Source: Candidatus Omnitrophota bacterium
GTDB lineage: Bacteria; Omnitrophota; Gorgyraeia; Duberdicusellales; 4484-171
NCBI GenBank assembly: GCA_003154195.1
Contig: PMCS01000018.1
Coordinates: forward strand, 44,773-108,772
DNA length: 64,000 nt
Direction of reading: 5' to 3'
Numbering within the stretch: the stretch's first letter is position 1; each line of letters starts with the position of its first letter. The notes below the pieces were generated by a model, which was not told the origin of the DNA, did no database searches, and saw only the letters and a program-made list of their open reading frames with translations. Shown here piece by piece: positions 1 through 8,627 of this stretch. Position numbers and translations under genes: made by a program.

Positions 1-430
1 GGTCTTTAGGCAATTGGCCAGAGGCAAAAAGCTGTATCGAATCGAGGTACTTTTTTTCATCCCTTAACGCCGTCTGCTCATCCCTTAAGCCGCGTATTTC
101 ATCTCCCACTGCCGTGATCTCGGCTTCAACGCTGCGGATATTTTCGGCTGAAGCGGTGGTCAAATATTGGCTCTTTAACGTTGCCCCCATTATTTTTACG
201 TGATCATCCCCGGCGATGGCGCGGATTGAATTTTCTTCTACCTGCGACAGGATATTATCGAAGACTATCGTGTTATCCCCGGCTTCCAATTTCACCTGGG
301 CGACGCGGCTGACAAATGCCGAATCGTTATAAACGGTAACGGCATTGATACGCGACTCGGCTGTTTTATCCTGCGCGTAAACCCCCGCGGCCAAAAAAGA
401 CAAAACCAGAAAAGCTAAAAGTTTTCGCAT
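1..430 (-). CDS. Secreted DUF4139/DUF4140-like protein, C-terminal part truncated by window edge
   Basis: Minus-strand ORF starting ATG at 428-430 (MRKLLAFLVLSFLAAGVYAQ signal peptide) and running to position 1. Not in ORF track because it runs off the window. Domain assignment is from weak motif memory only. Confidence 0.4.
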   Translation of the reverse strand, partial: MRKLLAFLVLSFLAAGVYAQDKTAESRINAVTVYNDSAFVSRVAQVKLEAGDNTIVFDNILSQVEENSIRAIAGDDHVKIMGATLKSQYLTTASAENIRSVEAEITAVGDEIRGLRDEQTALRDEKKYLDSIQLFASGQLPKD

Positions 431-439
431 AAAACCTCC

Positions 440-871
440 TTATTCTTGACCCTTCTCTGCTGTAACGGTAATCGGCTCGCCGATTACCCCGGCGTAAAAC
501 ACAATAAGTTCAGTAACTTTATTCCCCTCATTTTTACCGTAGTGCCACTTGTTTACGACTTCAACAAGCGAATCGCCGGCCTTTAAATGCAGGGTCTCGT
601 TTTTTTCGGTGATGACCGTCAATTCACCCGCCAACACCACTCCGGCGTTGATCACGTTATGCTTGTGCAAAGCCAGTTGCGCCTTGGGTGGTATTCTTAT
701 TTTCAAAATCGTGACTTCCGGCGTTCCGGCGGGATAAGCGGGGAGCTTTTGGCCATCCCAGCTTAAACTACTTTTGGCTAACGGCGTTACCTCAATAGTT
801 TTTAAACTATTGTTAGCAGTGGCGCACGCCGACAATCCGGCCAGGTATAAAACAAAAAATAATTTTTTCAT
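440..871 (-). CDS. Cupin-fold lipoprotein/secreted protein
   Basis: N-terminal signal with lipobox-like LSAC; C-terminal cupin-like stretch (LHKHNVINAGVVLAGELTVITEKNETLHLKAGDSLVEV). Confidence 0.55.
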   Translation of the reverse strand: MKKLFFVLYLAGLSACATANNSLKTIEVTPLAKSSLSWDGQKLPAYPAGTPEVTILKIRIPPKAQLALHKHNVINAGVVLAGELTVITEKNETLHLKAGDSLVEVVNKWHYGKNEGNKVTELIVFYAGVIGEPITVTAEKGQE

Positions 872-1235
872 TAGAATATTCCGGCACTCCCTACGGGCGT
901 CAGCCCTTCAGTCGCGCTAACTTCTGGAAACTATTCTACTCCCGCAGGTAATTTTGGCAATGAAATTAACAGACTAAACACAAAACTCCTCGTTATCGTC
1001 TAAAACCCTGACATTCCTGAATAAATTCGGATATTTTTTAGCTTAAAAAGTATGTAGGGAAATAATTGTTTTGGGATTCAGGGCTTGAGCGGATTTTTTA
1101 ATGATTTGACCGCGCTTCCTTGTGTTGGCCGGCTACTCTTCTCCTAAAATAAAAATGTATTTAGTGGTAAATTTTAGGTTTTTACTCGGATTTTATGGTT
1201 TAGAACGGCAAAGCCGTCGCTCACATTAGCGAGCG

Positions 1236-1625
1236 TTAGGTTTTCCGTGGTGAATATTTTTCTGCTTCAGAATAAGACTTGTAAGTATGTACGGCTACCT
1301 GGTCAGAATAATGGAATAGGCTCATTATATTAAATCCTATATCCTTTTCTTGGTCGGGAATAATTCTTATAACCCTGGAAACTCCGCTCTTATTTAATAA
1401 ATCCATTACCTTTTCAATAAAAGAACTCGCGCTTATGTCCATCTGCTCCAAGGAAGATAAGTCGGTGAATACAATAAAACCTTTATTTAGCTTAGGGGCA
1501 ATCTCCTGAATTTGGGCATAGAATTGCTCTGCCTGTAAGAGATCATAAAAGCCTCCAAGGACGATATCTAATTTATTGCCCTTATCGCTTATTTTTAGGC
1601 TAAACATATTTTTCCCCTTAATCAA
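1236..1625 (-). CDS. Hypothetical protein
   Basis: 129-aa ORF with no recognisable motif; plausible coding composition. Confidence 0.35.
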   Translation of the reverse strand: MIKGKNMFSLKISDKGNKLDIVLGGFYDLLQAEQFYAQIQEIAPKLNKGFIVFTDLSSLEQMDISASSFIEKVMDLLNKSGVSRVIRIIPDQEKDIGFNIMSLFHYSDQVAVHTYKSYSEAEKYSPRKT

Positions 1626-1690
1626 TAAAAGCTTATTAGGAAATGAAACACAGGCGGCCCGTTTACATTCAGGCTGCGTTTTGAGTCAGC

Positions 1691-3202
1691 TCAGGAGAGC
1701 CCTTTGAAGGTGCGGGCCACGCGCTCAAGCACCGGAAGATGCTTTAAAAAAATATCTTTGGGGGCCGAGAAATGCATAACAAAAAAACCCTCTTTAGCCG
1801 GCAGGACATAGAACTTTTCCTTGAGTATTACGCTCTCGTCCGATTTGCTCTCAGGATGGAGATAGTGTTTTTCCTCGCGGTCAAACTCAAACGCTTTTCT
1901 TTTGTCCAGGGTTTTGGTCGTTACCGGGCTGTATTTGTCCGTCGCCGCGGCCATGTCATCTTGTGAATTGCTGTCCACATAGTCATTGTAATCCTTGAAA
2001 TATTTGTTGCCTTTGGAAAAGTACGAAACATATAAGGTCACCGGAACCTTTTCCGCGTCAGGGGCAATAAGTTCTATCTGAAAAACCCCCATCCTCTCCT
2101 GATCGGCCTTTTTCTCCAACCGCCAGTTCTCAGGCACTTCGCATGAAAAATAGCCGTCCCGAGAGAAGGCCTTGAAGCCTTCGCCTTCCGGTATCAAGGC
2201 TTTTACCTTACCATGATTCCCTCCCTCTACTGCGTTAGATAAAGGAGGAAGCGAAGGTTTTTCTTGTTGCGATGATTCATTTTTGCCGCTTCCCGATTTT
2301 TCCAGTAATTGAGAAATGTATTCAAGCCCATTTTTTTTAGCTAAAGATAAAGCAGTATCTCCATCTTTATCTTTTAAATCCGTCTTTGCGCCTTTTGCAA
2401 GAAGCGCCCGTACTATGGCTGCATCCCCATCGATAACAGCATCGATAAGCGGTGTTCTTCCAGTATTCAGCCACCCTTCATTTTGCGCATCCTCCTGCAC
2501 ATTCACATCAGCGCCTTTTTCAAGCAGGACATATATCGTTTTTGTCTTATCCCCTTCAGGGCCAAAGCGAGAGGAATAATGTTTACATGCTTCAAGCAAG
2601 GGGGTAACGCCGCCGCTTTTACCATTCACATCAGCGCCTTTTAAAATAAGGTATTTTACAACTTTAACATGCCCTTGGGCCGACGCCTCTATCAAGGGTG
2701 TTCTATCGCCGTCTTCTTTGCCGAAATCGATTTCTGCGCCATGTTCGATTAACAGCTTTACAATTTTAAGATTTCCATACATGGCGGCAGTGGATAACGG
2801 CGTTCCCGAGCGTCCCTTTTCGTTTATCTCATCTTCGTTGAGGCCTAAAAGAGCTGCCCTAAGGAATGCCTTTTTATATTTAGCATCACCTGGCTGCGCA
2901 GCAATTTTTGCCTTGAGGTCTTGGAATGCCTGGCTACTTTTATAAGCTTCCAGTGCCTTAAGAATTGATTTTACTTTTTTAATATCGCCCTTCTTAACAG
3001 CTTCCAACAAAGGAAAGTCGGGCGGAGGAAGAAAATCTATAATTGCGCCGCCATCCCTCTCGCCATATCTTACTGAATTGTTTTGTTCATCGTGGGGGAT
3101 CCGCCACTGTTCCCAGTCCATACCAAACGCTGGGTTTGAATAAAAAAAGACCGCAGAGCAGGCGCACGCAAGAAACATCGTCAAAATTTTTCTTTTCATC
3201 AT
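1691..3202 (-). CDS. Secreted ankyrin-repeat protein with C-terminal domain of the local paralog family
   Basis: Signal peptide MMKRKILTMFLACACSAVFFYSNPAFG. At least four ankyrin repeats (G-TPL-A---G---V--LL--GA--N pattern). C-terminal ~150 aa matches the domain in 3276-4454 and 5248-5889 (GYF..IP..W ... KFYVLP..GFFV..FSAP.D). Confidence 0.75.
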   Translation of the reverse strand: MMKRKILTMFLACACSAVFFYSNPAFGMDWEQWRIPHDEQNNSVRYGERDGGAIIDFLPPPDFPLLEAVKKGDIKKVKSILKALEAYKSSQAFQDLKAKIAAQPGDAKYKKAFLRAALLGLNEDEINEKGRSGTPLSTAAMYGNLKIVKLLIEHGAEIDFGKEDGDRTPLIEASAQGHVKVVKYLILKGADVNGKSGGVTPLLEACKHYSSRFGPEGDKTKTIYVLLEKGADVNVQEDAQNEGWLNTGRTPLIDAVIDGDAAIVRALLAKGAKTDLKDKDGDTALSLAKKNGLEYISQLLEKSGSGKNESSQQEKPSLPPLSNAVEGGNHGKVKALIPEGEGFKAFSRDGYFSCEVPENWRLEKKADQERMGVFQIELIAPDAEKVPVTLYVSYFSKGNKYFKDYNDYVDSNSQDDMAAATDKYSPVTTKTLDKRKAFEFDREEKHYLHPESKSDESVILKEKFYVLPAKEGFFVMHFSAPKDIFLKHLPVLERVARTFKGLS

Positions 3203-3275
3203 TATTTTTCCCCTATTCTTGCTTAATTTTCTGACATTACTTTGTATATTTTGTTCATGCGGCGCATCGCTGTCT

Positions 3276-4454
3276 TCATGTATTCGGCTTAAAAGACGCT
3301 ATAACCTGGTCGAAAATTTTCATCGATTCATCGGCTATGTCTTCAGGAGCTGAATACTCGAGAACATAGAAACCTTTGTTGCCTTTCAGGATAATGAGAC
3401 GTTTAAACATCGGGATTTTTACGGGATCGACTGCATAGGGAGGAATAAAGATAAATATTTTTTGGTCGAACTGGCTGGCAGCTCTTCCGGCAATGGTTAC
3501 GGTTTTGACCGGCCCGACCTTTTCTCCGGGCAAATTCATTCTTTCACGCGGATCGGCATTGAGCTTCAAAAACTTCTCCGCCGACGTGAAATAGCCATGG
3601 TCAGGGCCGTAATAGGTAATCGTTATGCTTGAAAATCCGCCGGCTTTATTCTTGGGCCCTTTCAGATTGACCCCATATTCTTTGGCTACCTCACCGCTGG
3701 CGATGCTCTCGTACTTTACCCAACTCTTCGGAATTTTTGCCATAAAATAATTTTTATAGCAGCAAAACTCAACTTCTTCAGGATTTTGCGGGATAATTGC
3801 TTTTTGAGCATCCTCGCTTATCTTGACCGCCTCATTGCCTGCAAAGGAGGCCAGCACGGATTCGTACTCTGCCAGCCCGGTTTCGGCCGCCGCCATTGAA
3901 GAGTAATAACTCAGGACATAAAATCCGTTCTTTACCGGGATGACGTGAAACTTTTCGTAGATGGGAATTTTTTTAGGCGAGATGGTCTCCGGCGGGACAA
4001 ACTCAAAAATCCTGCGCTCAAAAATTTTAGCGTAATACTTGCCCACCAGCCCGTTCTCCACGGGGCCGTACTTTTCGCCGTCCAGGGCGGCGCCCAACAC
4101 CGGCCGGGAGTGGGTTGCGATGAATTTTTCGGCTGTCTTGTGCAGCATATTGCCGGGGGCGTAATAGCGCACCGATATTTTTGAAACTATCCCGTCGGCG
4201 TCTTCCGGCCCCAGGAACTCCGCGCCATAGACTTTCTTTTCTTCCTGGGACAGCCCGAACGCGGCATCAGCCTTGTACCAGCCCGCCGGGATTTTCACCG
4301 TAAAATACCCATCCTCAGTATAAGCCGTCGCCGCCTCCTTTGCGCCGGCCTGGGCGGACGCGCCGGCGGGTAGAATTAAAACTGTTAATGCTAATATTTT
4401 GCTGATGTTTATAAAGACTGTCTTTAAAACCGCTAAATTATTTGTTCTGCTCAT
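3276..4454 (-). CDS. Secreted protein with two tandem copies of a ~170-aa paralog-family domain
   Basis: Signal peptide; internal duplication. Second copy is ~70% identical to 5248-5889. Shared C-terminus ESMKIFDQVIASFKPN(T/A). Confidence 0.6.
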   Translation of the reverse strand: MSRTNNLAVLKTVFINISKILALTVLILPAGASAQAGAKEAATAYTEDGYFTVKIPAGWYKADAAFGLSQEEKKVYGAEFLGPEDADGIVSKISVRYYAPGNMLHKTAEKFIATHSRPVLGAALDGEKYGPVENGLVGKYYAKIFERRIFEFVPPETISPKKIPIYEKFHVIPVKNGFYVLSYYSSMAAAETGLAEYESVLASFAGNEAVKISEDAQKAIIPQNPEEVEFCCYKNYFMAKIPKSWVKYESIASGEVAKEYGVNLKGPKNKAGGFSSITITYYGPDHGYFTSAEKFLKLNADPRERMNLPGEKVGPVKTVTIAGRAASQFDQKIFIFIPPYAVDPVKIPMFKRLIILKGNKGFYVLEYSAPEDIADESMKIFDQVIASFKPNT

Positions 4455-5255
4455 CTATTCCCTCCGCTATGATTTTTTTCCGTTTCGGCCAGTAAGGATC
4501 CCACTTCGGGGCTGCCTGCGCTCCTGGCCCAGTCGGCCGGGGTTTTTCCTTCGTTGTCTTTGGCGCCCCTGTTGGCCCCTTTACCCAGGAGATAACGAAC
4601 TATTTCAGGTTTCTTGCTTAGCGCGGCATAGTGAAGCGGCGTGACATCATTCGCATTCTTGTCGTTTATGTTGGCTGACTTTTCGCAAAGGAGCTGAACA
4701 ATCGGAAGATGGCCGCAATACGCCGCTGTGGCCAGCGGGTGTCGATCCTTGAAGTGTTCGCGCATTAACGTCTGCGCCATGGGCGATAAGATTGGATGCG
4801 ACATTCGTTAAACCCAGCTTGGCTGTCAGGTGCAGGGGGGTTGTGTTATCGACATCCCCGAGTTTTGTGTCTGCGCCGGCGGCAATAAGTTGCAGCGCGG
4901 CGTCTTGGCGTTCAAAGGCCACTGCCATATAAAGGGCGGTGCGTTTGAGTTTATCCTGCGAATTTAATGGGGCTTTGGCTTCTATGAGTATCCGGAGAGT
5001 ATTTGTATTGCCGGTCGCGGCGGCGTATGCCAGCACCATTATCCCATCTTCGGTAATGATGGCTTCAGGCAGCCTGGGATACCGGGCAATAAGAGCTTGG
5101 AGGCCATTTACATCACCGGCATCCAGAACAGCCGCAACATCTCTGGCCTGAAGCTCTTTTTCAGCGGCTGCTTTTGCCGCCGGCAAGCTTACCATGGACA
5201 ATGCTACGAGGAATATCGTCAAAATTTTTCTTTTCACCATCATAGCTTCATGCAT
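4451..5255 (-). CDS. Secreted ankyrin-repeat protein, apparently frameshifted (two overlapping ORFs 4647-5255 and 4451-4804)
   Basis: ORF 4647-5255 carries a signal peptide plus ankyrin repeats and then turns to non-ankyrin sequence. ORF 4451-4804 in another frame continues with clean ankyrin repeats (DVTPLHYAALSKKPEIVRYLLGKGAN). The overlap is around 4780-4804. Confidence 0.5.
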
Positions 5256-5889
5256 TCGGCTTAAAAGACGCGATAACCTGGTCGAAAATTTTCATCGACT
5301 CATCGACCATGTCTTCAGGAGCTGAGTACATGATAACATAGAAACCCTTATCGCCCTTCAGGATGATGAGGCGCTCAAACATCGGGATCTTTACGGGGTT
5401 GACGGCATCAGGAGGCATAAAAATAAATGCTTTTTTGTCTAACTGGTTGGCAGGTCTTCCGGCAATAGATACGGCTTTGGCGGTCCCGACCTTCTCTGCG
5501 GGTAAACTCCAGCTGCCGTCCGGACCGACATCGAATTTCAGAAAATCCTCCACCGACTTGAACCTTCTATGGTCGGGCCCATAATAGGTGATCTTTATGT
5601 ATGGAAATCCGCCGGCTTTATTCTTAGGCCCCTTCAGATCGACCCCATATTCCTTGTACACGTCAGCATCGCCGATCTCCTCATACTTGGCCCAACTCTT
5701 GGGAATTTTTGCCGTAAAATAATTGTTATAGCAGATGAACTTCTCGAAAACCTCTTTTTCCTTTGTGGACGACGCATTCGTTTCGGCGTAGCTTTGATCA
5801 ACAAAGCAAAAACCAATCATCGCAAAGATGACGGCAGCCAAACACATAAGCCTTGATCTTTTCACCGATATTATGGTTCGATTGTTCAT
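5248..5889 (-). CDS. Secreted single-domain member of the local paralog family
   Basis: Signal/TM anchor then the domain NYFTAKIPKSW...KITYYGPDH...FIFMPP...GFYV.MYSAPED...ESMKIFDQVIASFKPNA. 3' end and downstream DNA are near-identical to the 3276 region. Confidence 0.6.
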   Translation of the reverse strand: MNNRTIISVKRSRLMCLAAVIFAMIGFCFVDQSYAETNASSTKEKEVFEKFICYNNYFTAKIPKSWAKYEEIGDADVYKEYGVDLKGPKNKAGGFPYIKITYYGPDHRRFKSVEDFLKFDVGPDGSWSLPAEKVGTAKAVSIAGRPANQLDKKAFIFMPPDAVNPVKIPMFERLIILKGDKGFYVIMYSAPEDMVDESMKIFDQVIASFKPNA

Positions 5890-5902
5890 CTGTTCTTCCT
5901 GC

Positions 5903-7081
5903 TTATTTGGACATGTCCATGGGGGTAATAATAAAGTAATCCGAGCTATAAACGTCGGCCGGGCTAAAGGTAATACCCAGGAGTCTCTTTACCGGGGAAC
6001 TATTTTCCGGGATCTTGCGGCCGGCCTTGGCCAGAACCCATTGGCCCGCCTCCGAGCAGACCAGATTGTCATCGCCGTAAAGGCCATAGTTGGTATTGTC
6101 GATCCAGTTATATCTCTTTTCCGGCTCGCTGGCCAGCTCCTTGATTTCCAGTTCCTTGGCCGCGGCCAAGAGCTTGTTGGCTTCCTTATCGTTCAGCGGC
6201 TGCGCAACCGCGGCCGCGTAAACCGTGCGGGAACCATACCTCGTCTGTAACTCATCTTCGGTAATAATATGCGGGCCTTCGCCTCCCTTATTGTCCAAAA
6301 AGAACTTCTTGCCGTCAACCGTCTTGAGGTAGATCACTGCATGGGAAGCCGGCGATTTCCATTCCCAGGAGCCAAGCCGGTCGCCAAAACGGATCAGCTT
6401 ACTTTTTACGTCATCCGGCTCAAAAAGCAGCATGTCGCCGGACTTAAGTTGCGCAACCTGCTTATAAGGCAAGGGCGGGGCTTTCGTCTTTAAAGACGCG
6501 CAAATCGCGCTGCAATATTGGTTTGGTTCTTTGGTCCGCTGCTGAACAAGTTTCTTCTGGTTTTGCGACCAGGCGGCGGGATCATTCTCCAACTGCTTTT
6601 GCTGCGCTTCTACCATGGCTTTCTGCTTGAGGGAATCTTTCGCCAGCTTCAGATTCTGCTGTATGACCTTGTCGCCGGGGTTCAGCTTCAGCGCTTTCTG
6701 GTAACAGTCGATAGCGGCATTCCAGTCGCTATTCTGATAAGCGGCATTGCCTTTTTCATTCAGGGCATATACATCAGCCCTGCGTTTTTCTTCTTTCTGC
6801 CTTTCCTGTTCAGCCTTTAATGCTTTCTGCTTTTCCTGCGCCGCTCTCTGTTCGGCCATCTGCGCAGCCCTCTGTTTAGCCGTCTCTTCAGCCTGTTCAG
6901 TCCTCCACTCCGCCGCTCGTTGCAGCCGATCAGCTCTATCTTCATCTCTCCCTGAATTGTCTTGTCCGTCGCGGGGGATCCGCCACTGTTCCCAGTCCAT
7001 GCCAAACGCTGGGTTTGAATAAAAAAATACCGCAGAGCAGGCGCACGCAAGAAACATCGTCAAAATTTTTCTTTTCATCAT
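5903..7081 (-). CDS. Secreted coiled-coil/TPR-like protein with C-terminal permuted papain-like (NlpC/P60 superfamily, YiiX-like) domain
   Basis: Signal peptide identical to that of 1691-3202; charged coiled-coil region (AEQRAAQEKQKALKAEQERQKEEKRR); TPR-like YQKALKLNPGDK. C-terminal part has His-before-Cys arrangement (SHAVIYLK ... LVCSEAGQWV). Domain call is tentative. Confidence 0.45.
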   Translation of the reverse strand: MMKRKILTMFLACACSAVFFYSNPAFGMDWEQWRIPRDGQDNSGRDEDRADRLQRAAEWRTEQAEETAKQRAAQMAEQRAAQEKQKALKAEQERQKEEKRRADVYALNEKGNAAYQNSDWNAAIDCYQKALKLNPGDKVIQQNLKLAKDSLKQKAMVEAQQKQLENDPAAWSQNQKKLVQQRTKEPNQYCSAICASLKTKAPPLPYKQVAQLKSGDMLLFEPDDVKSKLIRFGDRLGSWEWKSPASHAVIYLKTVDGKKFFLDNKGGEGPHIITEDELQTRYGSRTVYAAAVAQPLNDKEANKLLAAAKELEIKELASEPEKRYNWIDNTNYGLYGDDNLVCSEAGQWVLAKAGRKIPENSSPVKRLLGITFSPADVYSSDYFIITPMDMSK

Positions 7082-7248
7082 TCTATTTTACTCCGATATA
7101 CCGAAAAGTTAAATCATTTGTTTTTCATATTCCCCGGCATTCTTTTTCACATTCCTCTTTTGTTTCAAATGGAAGATTTGCTTCCAGGTTACCCTTTTTG
7201 TCTGGCCGCTTATTATATTAAGGCTATCGTCAGATAGACAGATGATAG

Positions 7249-7974
7249 TTACTCTAAACTTAATTTGCCCTCATCGGCGAAGCTGTAGTATCGGTTGTTG
7301 CCGATGATCAAATGGTCGAGCATATTTATCTGGAGAGCTTTAGCCGCCCGGCACAATTCTCTGGTAAACTCGATATCTTCCCGGCTGGGCGAGGGGTCGC
7401 CGGAAGGATGGTTGTGCACGCAGATGACCGAGGCCGCGAAATTCTGCAGGGCTTTATGAAAAATCTCCCGGATCACGGGGTGGGCGTTGTTCACCGTTCC
7501 TTCGACGATTTCCACGGTATCGATGATCTTATTTTTTGAATTAAGCAGTAAAATTTTAAAAACTTCTTTTTTAAAGTCTCTCATCCTCGGTAAAAAAATT
7601 TCCGCGGCGTTTTTTGATGATGTTATTTTAAAATTATTTTCTTTGGCTTCTTCTTCGGTGAATCTCCGGCCGATTTCTACCGCAGCTTTGATCTGGGCTA
7701 TTTTTGCCGTTCCCAGGCCTTTGACTTCTTTCCAGCGCGCCGGATCGATACATGACAGGCCGCGGAATGTTTTAAATTTTTTTAATATTGTTCTCGCCAG
7801 GTCGACGGCGCTGCATCCTTTTGTCCCGGTGCGCAGAAGGATGGCCAGCAATTCGGAGTTGCTTAGGGTGTGCTCCCCGTGGCGCATCATTTTTTCTCTC
7901 GGCCGGTCTTCTTCGGGCCATTGTTTAATGCCTGTTCTGTGATTGGTGTTTTTTTTGGCTTTGTCTTTGCTCAT
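7249..7974 (-). CDS. radC: RadC-family JAB-domain protein (UPF0758)
   Basis: HhH region LLAILLRTGTKG; JAMM motif HNHPSGDPSPSREDIEFT. Confidence 0.85.
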   Translation of the reverse strand: MSKDKAKKNTNHRTGIKQWPEEDRPREKMMRHGEHTLSNSELLAILLRTGTKGCSAVDLARTILKKFKTFRGLSCIDPARWKEVKGLGTAKIAQIKAAVEIGRRFTEEEAKENNFKITSSKNAAEIFLPRMRDFKKEVFKILLLNSKNKIIDTVEIVEGTVNNAHPVIREIFHKALQNFAASVICVHNHPSGDPSPSREDIEFTRELCRAAKALQINMLDHLIIGNNRYYSFADEGKLSLE

Positions 7975-8255
7975 TGTAGTTTAGCCACCGATTGATAACC
8001 ACCCGCAAACGTTGGCGGGCATTAATGCTAAGCGATTATTAAAAAAATATAAATATTTAATTTACCGTAAAAAACTTTTTTAGCCACGGATTGTCACTGG
8101 TAAAACACTGATTTGAATAAAAAAATACTAGAAAATTTAAAAAAACATGGTTAGTTTTAAAATTTTTTATTCAAAAAATTCGACAAATATATTGCTTATC
8201 TGTGGCAATCAGTGTTAATCCGTGGCTAAAATAAACTGGATTGCCGTGTTTTCGA
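7975..8255. repeat. AT-rich gap with inverted arms ttagccacggatt ... aatccgtggctaa
   Basis: Arms at 7981-7995, 8084-8098 and 8216-8232. Similar arms occur at 41886-41916 and 61446-61543. Confidence 0.45.
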
Positions 8256-8627
8256 TTAACCGCCGGAGCGCTTTACGGTAAATCCCCTTCGGGTCAATTC
8301 TGCCAATAAAACATTTCGATGGTCGCCCTGGAGTTCGATTGTACCGTTTTTTATGACGCCGCCGGCGCCCAGTTTCCGTTTAAGTTCTTTTGCCAGTTCC
8401 GCCAGCCCGGTGTGATTTAAAGGTATGCCGGTTACGAGAGTAACTCCCTTTCCCTTGCGGCCTTTGGTTTCTCTTGAGACCCTGACAATTCCGTCATTTT
8501 TTATAATTGTGTTTTTTGTAAACTTAGGGAAGGCGTGGTTTTTACCTGTTGTCCTGCAATCGTGGGAGATATCGCCGCATTCCGTTGAATATACAAGGCG
8601 AGAATCAGGGTTATCGGGAGCGCTCAT
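8256..8627 (-). CDS. yciH: Translation initiation factor SUI1/YciH family
   Basis: DGIVRVSRETKGRKGKGVTLVTG...LKRKLGAGG is typical of the eIF1/SUI1 fold. Confidence 0.8.
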   Translation of the reverse strand: MSAPDNPDSRLVYSTECGDISHDCRTTGKNHAFPKFTKNTIIKNDGIVRVSRETKGRKGKGVTLVTGIPLNHTGLAELAKELKRKLGAGGVIKNGTIELQGDHRNVLLAELTRRGFTVKRSGG

